From a virus (lineage: Duplodnaviria > Caudoviricetes), in IMG/VR virus record IMGVR_UViG_3300007630_000016, positions 1-31,501 of that record: a DNA stretch of 31,501 bases; one strand, 5' to 3'. A program made the translations under genes and the position numbers. Numbering within the stretch: the stretch's first letter is position 1; every line of letters begins with the position of its first letter. The notes beneath the pieces are model-generated. The model did not search any database. It had not been told where the DNA came from and saw only the letters and a list, made by a program, of their open reading frames with translations. This document shows positions 18,400 to 25,980 of this stretch, piece after piece.

Positions 18400-18785
18400 T
18401 TGGCACGCCAGTAATCAGTGCCGCGAATCCGTTCTGATGTGAGACGGTATGCAAATGGTTTATCTAGTTAACCGCTTCAACAGACTATCCCTGGTGACGT
18501 CAGGGACGCCTTAAGCACACTGCTTCTGTTGTCGTAATGGTTTTTAAAAGATCAAGCTCTATTGACACTAATATCTTGAGGGTAACTGGATATGCTGATA
18601 CCATGGCATCCGGTGGTCCTGCGCTGTTTAGACGCATCGTAATAGGAGGTACAGCTCAACCGCCTCTCCCTGTAGTAAGGTTATGTTATGGTAATGTGGG
18701 CGTTTGCGAGGCATGGGAAATTTTCCTAACTTACAAATTTCATTCACACTTTGGCCTGTATCGGGCTTAGTGTGAATGAATACTC
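18400..18785 (+). ncRNA. Candidate large structured non-coding RNA (family unassigned; boundaries approximate)
   Basis: GC-richer non-coding stretch with about 9 local stems, a long-range helix and a possible pseudoknot; many stems use G-U pairs on the + strand. Confidence 0.55.
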
Positions 18786-18864
18786 AGCGGGAAGAATATA
18801 ATATAAGATTAAAGTATTATAACGTTAGATATGATATATGATCAGTATTAAAGATTTATAAACA

Positions 18865-18916
18865 TTCAACAAATTAATCGAAGATTAATGAAGTTGAAAT
18901 TGCTCGAAGAGCAATT
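18865..18916. repeat. Two tandem inverted repeats with C-GAA-G triloops
   Basis: ATTAATC-GAA-GATTAAT (18873-18889, extended by TTCAAC/GTTGAA) and AATTGCTC-GAA-GAGCAATT (18898-18916). Confidence 0.8.
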
Positions 18917-18965
18917 GATATGATTAATAAATATCTTTAGCATAATATTACTTTTGGTGATAATT

Positions 18966-19445
18966 ATGACTGATAGAAAGATAATCCCAATGACATTTGA
19001 AGAGTTCTGTCAGGCCTTTCTAAAATGGTCTGAAGAAATTATCGAAGCAAAAAAATTCGATGGTTTCCCTATATGCCCGTATGCAAGACATGCTAGACTT
19101 AATAACGCAATACAATTTATTGATGTGCGTGATAATATTTCAGATCTAACCAAATTTAATAAAGAAAAATATGAAATAGGCATTGCTTGGTTAGGCGATA
19201 ATACTGATGCAGTTAGTACTGCCGAACGTTATTGTGAATATCTTTCAGAATTAAATAGTGACTTGTTGTATTTTACAAGCACCCCACTAAGTGGATACTT
19301 TGCTAAAAATTTCACCAACTGTGTTTTTATTCAGCTTAAAGGTGATATAATGGAGAAAAGGTCACAACTGCATAATACAAAATATTATGAGAGTTGGCCA
19401 GCTGAATATTATAAAGCTATTACTGGTCAAGATAAATCATCTTGA
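18966..19445 (+). CDS. Hypothetical protein with PICPYA motif (DUF1415-like)
   Basis: ORF preceded by ATAAATA (18927-18933); W....I.....GFPICPYA N-terminal motif. Start uncertain (18954, 18966 or 18990). Confidence 0.65.
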   Translation: MTDRKIIPMTFEEFCQAFLKWSEEIIEAKKFDGFPICPYARHARLNNAIQFIDVRDNISDLTKFNKEKYEIGIAWLGDNTDAVSTAERYCEYLSELNSDLLYFTSTPLSGYFAKNFTNCVFIQLKGDIMEKRSQLHNTKYYESWPAEYYKAITGQDKSS

Positions 19446-19685
19446 CTTACGTGCTTTCTGCACTGCCTGATTCTGATCTTCTATACGTTTATTAATGCTT
19501 TCAAACATTCGCTGTATAGCAGGAACTGGCATAGTCATGACATCCTGATAGCTGATTGCGCCACCACTATGTAAGATTAGATCTATATAACTTTTTTCTG
19601 TATTATCATGATCTTTATTGTAGCGCTCTAATATTTTTTCGATTTGTGTAGGCTGACTAGTGGATATCAGCCTACGAAAAAATTT
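19437..19685 (-). CDS. gp51-like frame without a canonical start, probably expressed by -1 frameshift from gp26-like gene
   Basis: Not in ORF track. Reads (FF)RRLISTSQPTQIEKILERYNKDHDNTEKSYIDLILHSGGAISYQDVMTMPVPAIQRMFESINKRIEDQNQAVQKARKSR*. GG.SY.D.M.MP resembles gp51/tail-chaperone C-terminal domains. Confidence 0.7.
   Translation of the reverse strand, partial: KFFRRLISTSQPTQIEKILERYNKDHDNTEKSYIDLILHSGGAISYQDVMTMPVPAIQRMFESINKRIEDQNQAVQKARKSR
19648..19685 (-). promoter_or_regulatory. Putative -1 programmed ribosomal frameshift signal
   Basis: In-frame A AAT TTT TTC (19685-19676) followed directly by hairpin GTAGGCTGA-N10-TCAGCCTAC (19675-19648). Confidence 0.7.
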
Positions 19686-20497
19686 GCTATATCAAGATCA
19701 ATGTCTGTTTTCCAGTTATGTCCACAGTGCTGACAAGATGCATTAAAAGAAGTATCAAGTGAGGGATCAGAAAGTTTCTCAACCAAATCTTTAATCTGAT
19801 CGTAATCCTTTTTAGTAATACTCTGCAACCATTCCTTGATTATTTCACGATCAGTAATCTCTTCAGATTCAGGAGCCTTTACTGCATATATTGAGTTAGC
19901 AATAAGGTCAACTGTTAGTTCAGCTAATTCAACAAAAGTTTGTCCAAAAATTTTGGTACGATCTTCGTCGCTTACGCCTTCGCGAACCAAACCTTCAATC
20001 ATTTTTTTCTGTTTGATTTGTTGGATTTGTAAGATGGTACGATCTTCCAAGTTATAAGGTTTAACATGAATAACAAAACCATTATCCATATTAATCTTAT
20101 CACTTAGTGTTGTTGATTTTGCTGAAGCCAAAATACGGTTTGCATCAGCCATCATCATATTCATTTCATTACACGCTGGGCAATTGATATCAACACTGAT
20201 TTCTTTTCCATATGTTGCCTGTCTAATACCTAGTAAAATAACCAAAAGATCATTAACTGGTGTCTGTGCTGGATTTGGGATATCTGGACAACAACTGCGA
20301 ATAATAGAAACAGTTGCCTCACCATTAAACAGTGCGTCAGGTGTTTTTGTGATAAGTTCATCTCTAGCAGTCATTGGGTAGATTGCTAAGTCTCCATCAA
20401 CACTTAGTTTTGGTTTAGGATCGTAATATTTTCCACCACTTGGCAGTGTGACATATAGCGAAGGCTTTCTATAAGCCTGTACTAAAGGGTTTGTCAT
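19667..20497 (-). CDS. gp26: Baseplate hub assembly chaperone, T4 gp26-like
   Basis: NPL..YR.P..YV.LPSGG.YY, YPMTARDE, GIRQATYG, CPAC and CQHC. Start moved to ATG 20497 with GGAGA RBS. Confidence 0.8.
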   Translation of the reverse strand: MTNPLVQAYRKPSLYVTLPSGGKYYDPKPKLSVDGDLAIYPMTARDELITKTPDALFNGEATVSIIRSCCPDIPNPAQTPVNDLLVILLGIRQATYGKEISVDINCPACNEMNMMMADANRILASAKSTTLSDKINMDNGFVIHVKPYNLEDRTILQIQQIKQKKMIEGLVREGVSDEDRTKIFGQTFVELAELTVDLIANSIYAVKAPESEEITDREIIKEWLQSITKKDYDQIKDLVEKLSDPSLDTSFNASCQHCGHNWKTDIDLDIANFFVG

Positions 20498-20512
20498 AGG
20501 GGTTTTCTCCAA

Positions 20513-20549
20513 ATAAATACTATGAGTATTTGCATTATAATGTATTTAT
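20513..20549. promoter_or_regulatory. Pair of oppositely oriented late promoters
   Basis: ATAAATA on + at 20513-20519 and on - at 20543-20549, between the divergent gp26 and tape-measure genes. Confidence 0.6.
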
Positions 20550-20572
20550 GCTAGTTAAAAGGGCTGTTAATT

Positions 20573-23329
20573 GTGGATATTGGACATGAATTAAGCAAAA
20601 TTAACTCAAAATATCCATGGGTCACAGAAAAAACTCTGTCCCAAGCACTTTCACATGTCAGAGCAGATAATAATTTAATTAAACGTGCCATAGATACACT
20701 CAACAAAAACCACACCAAACGAAATAAAGAGTTGTCAAAGGTTAAAAAGACAACTGATAACCTTAAAGGAATAAAGACGGCTAAAGAAACTTCATTATCC
20801 GTTATTGAATCTTTATCACGTGATAATGATCCGCTGGGCGGCGTTTCAGATTTAATAGAAATGGGGGCGGGTTTTCTTGATAAAGCAGTTGATCCCGTCA
20901 TGGATGCAGCAAAACGCCTGCCAGGTGGTTGGAAAGCTCTAGGTTGGGTTGGTGACGCAGCAACTAGTAGCATAGCGACAGTAGCAGGCGTTATGGGTAT
21001 CTACGGTAAAATTTTAACCGCACAGGAACAAACTGTCAGAAGTATGATAAACTACGGATTGGTGGTTGGCGATTTAAAATTGTATACTCAGCTGAGAGAC
21101 ACGGTTGCTGATATTGGATTAAGTTTAGAAGAAACAACGACATTGTACAAGGAGTTTATGCCGCTCTATGCAAATATGAGATCTGGCACTTATGATTCAA
21201 TATCAAGTCTAGTAGCATTAACAGGAACTATACACAATAACGATAGCATTATTAATGATTACGGATATTCAAATAGTGAATTGATGAGACGACTGAGTGA
21301 AGAAGCAGAAATGATGTTTCGTGCTGGATCTATAGACATGGTTAATTTGTCGTCATCGTCTAAATTATTGGCAAGATTTAAAAGAAGTTCTGAATACACA
21401 TATGCTATAGCTGAATTAATGGGTGTACAGCGTAGTTCAGTTAACAATATAAGAAAAGAAGCCAATGACGATATAGACTTTCGTTTAGCTATGGGCAAAG
21501 CGTCAGCAATGCTGACAGAACGTTTTGGCGAAAATGCAAAAGATAATGTATACCAATTTAATGAAGAATTAAAAACACAGCTAACATCTCTGTTTGGAAA
21601 TGATTTTGCCAATCTTGTTTCTGATACAATGAATCGTGCGTTATATGATTTCCCTTTTGATACAAACTTTTTAAACAATATGTCTGGAGAGTTAAGTAAT
21701 GCTCTAATTCTATTGGGTGATGATGCACGAACACAATTTATATCAATGATGCAGGATGGTATAACAGGATCACTAAAGGGCGGTGAACTATTTGCTAGAC
21801 TGAGAGACTTTACATTCACTGTTAAAGAAACACCAGTAATAGATACACAAATAGACACGCCTGAACTGAAATTAGCTAGAGATCTACAAGCCAGAGCGCA
21901 AATTGCACCAGAAAATTATTTAACAGCCACTAGAACAGAATTTGAATCATTACAACGTGCATCTAGTTTTTATTCTGAAGCAGCAGACTCCTCAATTGAC
22001 GCAATGGACAATCTAAGGATTGCATTCAGAGAATTAATTGACGTGATGGAACCAAATTATGAAAACTCTGCACGTGCCATAACTTATTTTTCAAATATAG
22101 CAGAGTGGCTTACTAACATATTCAGCGGAACATTTGGATTTGGCGAACCTGGCGGAGACAGTTATATTTCAACTACATCAGGACCGTCACGCAGGAATGG
22201 TCCGCGTGGATTAAGTAGAGGCGGATCAGCTGAAACTGGCGCACTAGTGCCTCCAGTAGAAGCAAGTGATTTATCAACTTCTGGTGCGCAAGGAGGAAGT
22301 GGCGGAGCATATACAACCGGACAAATACCAGCAATGCGCCGTGCAACACCAGAAGGTATGGGTGGTAATGTTATTGAAGCACAAAGTGGTACAACTGTAA
22401 GAAAAGGTCCTATTAACCAAGATCTAATGAATATATTACAGGCCGCGGCCGCAGAAGTAGGTGTTGATGTTAGAGTTACCAGTGGCGGGCAAATGTCAAT
22501 GGCTGACTATCAAGCGGCAACAGGAACTAAAACAAACACAAGTGGTGACAGTCCTACATATTATCTAAACGGAGTCGCTGTACGCAAAGGTTCTACACGA
22601 CATGACGCCGGCGGCGCCGCTGATTTGAATTTAGTAAATCCCCAGACAAATCAAAACTATGATTTTAGTACATCTGAGGGCCACGCAGTATTCTCAAATT
22701 TTGCAGCTATTGCTAGACAATTGGGAGCAACTGGTATTGGTGCTGGTGAAGGATATATGGGAACACAAACTATGCACGTTGGCTTTGGTGCTGAGGCAAC
22801 GTGGGGTGCCGAAGGCACAGGTGGCTTCCTAGCAGACGTTTATGCTAATACACAAGTAGGTACACGATCCTTAGATGATACAACACTGAGAATAAATCAA
22901 ATTGGCGAAGAACCAACTTATACTGATGATCAGATTATGGCAGCGTTCCGTCAGCACATGGAATATTCTACACAACTTGATGAATTATTTTTTGACGAGC
23001 AGGGAAATATTAGAACACTGACTGGCGCCCGACTGTCAGAATTTAATAGAATACAGGGACTAGATAACAATCTTTTAAAAACATTTAGTGATGCTGGAAT
23101 TGATATTACCCCGCTGGGCTTTGGAGCAAATATTATAGACCGTCCCGCAGGAAATATTGATGATAGTGAAGTAGACACAACGGATGACGAAGATCATATC
23201 AGCTTGACACCTGAACTACGCGAGCTCATGCAAGCTGAATTAGATAACAGTGAAATAACTGCGGCAAGAATGCTTGCTATTGCAATGATTGTCCAAAATT
23301 ATGATATAACAGCGGGGGCAGTATCATGA
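20573..23329 (+). CDS. Tape-measure-like protein 1 with M15-type (LAS) Zn peptidase domain
   Basis: Helical N-terminal 520 aa paralogous to the next two genes; Gly/Ser linker; VRVTSG...GSTRHDAGGAADL...MHVGFG. Confidence 0.7.
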   Translation: MDIGHELSKINSKYPWVTEKTLSQALSHVRADNNLIKRAIDTLNKNHTKRNKELSKVKKTTDNLKGIKTAKETSLSVIESLSRDNDPLGGVSDLIEMGAGFLDKAVDPVMDAAKRLPGGWKALGWVGDAATSSIATVAGVMGIYGKILTAQEQTVRSMINYGLVVGDLKLYTQLRDTVADIGLSLEETTTLYKEFMPLYANMRSGTYDSISSLVALTGTIHNNDSIINDYGYSNSELMRRLSEEAEMMFRAGSIDMVNLSSSSKLLARFKRSSEYTYAIAELMGVQRSSVNNIRKEANDDIDFRLAMGKASAMLTERFGENAKDNVYQFNEELKTQLTSLFGNDFANLVSDTMNRALYDFPFDTNFLNNMSGELSNALILLGDDARTQFISMMQDGITGSLKGGELFARLRDFTFTVKETPVIDTQIDTPELKLARDLQARAQIAPENYLTATRTEFESLQRASSFYSEAADSSIDAMDNLRIAFRELIDVMEPNYENSARAITYFSNIAEWLTNIFSGTFGFGEPGGDSYISTTSGPSRRNGPRGLSRGGSAETGALVPPVEASDLSTSGAQGGSGGAYTTGQIPAMRRATPEGMGGNVIEAQSGTTVRKGPINQDLMNILQAAAAEVGVDVRVTSGGQMSMADYQAATGTKTNTSGDSPTYYLNGVAVRKGSTRHDAGGAADLNLVNPQTNQNYDFSTSEGHAVFSNFAAIARQLGATGIGAGEGYMGTQTMHVGFGAEATWGAEGTGGFLADVYANTQVGTRSLDDTTLRINQIGEEPTYTDDQIMAAFRQHMEYSTQLDELFFDEQGNIRTLTGARLSEFNRIQGLDNNLLKTFSDAGIDITPLGFGANIIDRPAGNIDDSEVDTTDDEDHISLTPELRELMQAELDNSEITAARMLAIAMIVQNYDITAGAVS

Positions 23330-25980
23330 GTTTAGAAAATCAAATTAATACTATTTTTAAAATATATCCCTGGGCATTGGACGCTGTTTTAATTGAAGCA
23401 GTTAAAATTCAAGGCGCTAGTAATATTCTTATAACACAAGCTATATCCAAATTAAAAACAGGAGAAGATCTGAATCCGGATAAACTTGCAAATGAAGTAT
23501 TAGCAGCATTTAAGGAAAATAAAAGTTTAATAGCTGCAAAAAAACTATCAGCCAGAACCAACAGTCTTTTAGATAAACTAGTAAGCAGTGCAGATCCAAT
23601 TGGAGGATTTGCTGGTGCAATTGAGGAAATAGCATGGTCAGCACGTGATGTAACTGATGCCGCTGCTGATGGCACAAGAAAAATAAGAGGTTTAGGCGGG
23701 GCATTACGTGGCATAGATTTAGCTGCATTAGGTCTTGCGGGGTCAGCTACGCTTCTTAAAATTATGCTAAATTTTGCCAAAGATCAAGAAAAAACTGCTA
23801 GAATAATGATTGACTATGGGTTAATTGCCACTGATCAATCAATATACAGAACACTGCGTGATAATTTTGCCGGCATAGGCTTGGGCCAAGCTGAAGCAAT
23901 GACATTGTTGGGAAATTATGGAAAAACTATATCAAGTTTAGCTAATGATTCAGTAAGTGGATTCACTAATTTTTCTGACTTTGTAGAATCTTACAGTAAG
24001 AATGATAGTCTAGGACGTTTTGGATATCGCGGCAAGGAGTTGATGGTTAGACTTGCTGAAGAAGCAACATTACTTAACAGTTTAAATGAGATAACAGAAT
24101 TAAATGAGACTGCCAAGCTAAGAATAAGCAAAGGCTTTCAGACAAGCGCGGCGTTAGCAACCCGCTATGCTGAATTAACTGGACAACAGAGAGACAATTT
24201 GTTGGATATGAGAAGAACAGCATTGTCTGATTCAGATGCCATTATTGCTTTTAATAAAAATGCACAATATATGTCAGAAACATATGGAGAAGGTGCAACT
24301 GAACGAGCAAGAACTTCGTTTGGACAATTATCTATGCTTTTACCTATGCTAGGTGAAGATGTCAGTAAAGGCCTACTTGATGGTTTAACTCGTGCGCAAA
24401 TGGACGTTAATATTAATGAATCTGCTATAGATAATATCTCATCAGAAATATTTAGGCAATTCCAAATTCTTGGTCCTGAAATTGCTAACATGGTTTCAGA
24501 AATATTTACAACCAGTATTACTGGTTCTTATACAAGCCCTGACCAGTTAACAACAGACTGGCAAAAACTTATAATTGCAATACAAAATGTTCCGCCACTG
24601 GAAACTTATACCCCAGAAAACGAAGGGGCTGTGCAAATTCAAGCAATGGCACAAGTGGTACCAGATGCATTCATAAAAGCAAGCGGGGCTGAACTAACTG
24701 CTGGAATTGAAACAATTGCTGAAACTATAACAGGCGGCGCTGATGATGCCGTTATAGCAATGGATAACATGAGAACTGCGTTGTTGGAGATCCATGACTC
24801 AATGACGCCTAGTATTGGTAATATTAACACTGCCTTCTCTAAACTAACGTCTCTATTTGGTTATCTAGCCGGCATGAGTGATGAAGAAATAACTGATATA
24901 TCAAGAGTAGTTGAACAGAGAAATGAAACAAGTAGAAGCGCAGCCACACAAGAAAGTATAAGAAGACGTTCTGTTATGGAACAGATAGAAGGAATGACTC
25001 CTGCTGAAGCACAGGCATTTATGGAAGACTATGCACGTAGATCTGGATATAGTTACACTGGTACTGGTTTTGTACCATTAGAAATACACGATTCAACTGC
25101 TGAAGAAATACAGGCGCTACAGCGTGAAGGTGGTATTCTAGCATTTATTGGTAAAGGTGAAGGAAGTTACGCGGCTTCTAACCGCGGAACAATAAACAAT
25201 ACTATTGTTGGAAGCACTATGAATACTATAAGAAATGGCAAATCATTGACTGATATGACGTTTGCCGAAATATTCATGCTGCAAAGCATTGGTGACGCTG
25301 CTAATCCAAATAGATTATTCGCAGTAGGACGTTATCAGATCATACCTGAAACAATGCAAGAAATCTGGCCACACAGTGGATTAAAACTTACAGATAAGTT
25401 TACTCCTGAAAATCAAGACAAACTTGGCACACTTCTTCTAGTGGGTGCAGAAGATGGCTATACCAAACGTAGGAATCTTTCAGCATATATCAGAGGTGAG
25501 AGTGACAATCTAGAAGCAGCGATGCTGGACTTTGCTATGGAATGGGCCAGTGCTCCAGATCCAAGAACAGGTATGAGTTACTACGGCAGCGGAAACCGTG
25601 CTAGTCACAGTGTTCAAGAAGTTGCTACAGCGTTACAGGCAGCACGTGCAGATTATGCAGCGAGTAGAAGTCTAGTAACAGCGGAAACAATTACTCCATC
25701 TAACACTACTCCTACTTTAACTCCAACAGAAACTGTTCCATCTCGCCCTTGGAGTAGTCCTCGCAGCGCACAAAGCACGTGGGATAGACAATATGGTGCT
25801 ACACACAATACAGACGGTACTCCAAAAAATACTGGTGATTCTGATACAATAAATACTGAGGAAGATATCGATAATGTAATAAGAGAATTAACAGTGACCA
25901 ACCCAGCAATAGTTGAGGAAGCTCTTAAACTTGTTGAAGAAATTAGAAGACAGAACAGCACTCTGGAATTAACGAGATAA
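23326..25980 (+). CDS. Tape-measure-like protein 2 with lysozyme/transglycosylase domain
   Basis: Paralogous helical core; FIGKGEGSY...AVGRYQIIPETM...FTPENQDKL...EWAS (lambda-R/GH104-like). Confidence 0.75.
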   Translation: MSLENQINTIFKIYPWALDAVLIEAVKIQGASNILITQAISKLKTGEDLNPDKLANEVLAAFKENKSLIAAKKLSARTNSLLDKLVSSADPIGGFAGAIEEIAWSARDVTDAAADGTRKIRGLGGALRGIDLAALGLAGSATLLKIMLNFAKDQEKTARIMIDYGLIATDQSIYRTLRDNFAGIGLGQAEAMTLLGNYGKTISSLANDSVSGFTNFSDFVESYSKNDSLGRFGYRGKELMVRLAEEATLLNSLNEITELNETAKLRISKGFQTSAALATRYAELTGQQRDNLLDMRRTALSDSDAIIAFNKNAQYMSETYGEGATERARTSFGQLSMLLPMLGEDVSKGLLDGLTRAQMDVNINESAIDNISSEIFRQFQILGPEIANMVSEIFTTSITGSYTSPDQLTTDWQKLIIAIQNVPPLETYTPENEGAVQIQAMAQVVPDAFIKASGAELTAGIETIAETITGGADDAVIAMDNMRTALLEIHDSMTPSIGNINTAFSKLTSLFGYLAGMSDEEITDISRVVEQRNETSRSAATQESIRRRSVMEQIEGMTPAEAQAFMEDYARRSGYSYTGTGFVPLEIHDSTAEEIQALQREGGILAFIGKGEGSYAASNRGTINNTIVGSTMNTIRNGKSLTDMTFAEIFMLQSIGDAANPNRLFAVGRYQIIPETMQEIWPHSGLKLTDKFTPENQDKLGTLLLVGAEDGYTKRRNLSAYIRGESDNLEAAMLDFAMEWASAPDPRTGMSYYGSGNRASHSVQEVATALQAARADYAASRSLVTAETITPSNTTPTLTPTETVPSRPWSSPRSAQSTWDRQYGATHNTDGTPKNTGDSDTINTEEDIDNVIRELTVTNPAIVEEALKLVEEIRRQNSTLELTR

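Noticed and set aside
18474-18490. TTCAACAGACTA resembling the group I intron R element
   Set aside because: No matching S element (AUAGUC) found downstream and no interrupted gene flanks it.
18537-18770. 77-aa ORF in the non-coding gap
   Set aside because: No RBS, no recognisable motif, and it coincides with dense RNA-like pairing.
18400-18785. tRNA, tmRNA, RNase P or CRISPR identity for the structured region
   Set aside because: No TTCGA arm with cloverleaf, no tmRNA ends, no GAGGAAAGTCC motif and no spaced direct repeats seen.
19667-19685. Sequencing error in the homopolymer as cause of the gp26/gp51 split
   Set aside because: Not excluded without reads, but the perfect adjacent hairpin and canonical in-frame heptamer favour a programmed event.
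21259-21858. 199-aa and other antisense ORFs within tape-measure, gp5, gp6 and gp46 genes
   Set aside because: Fully nested opposite strong genes; expected from codon bias.
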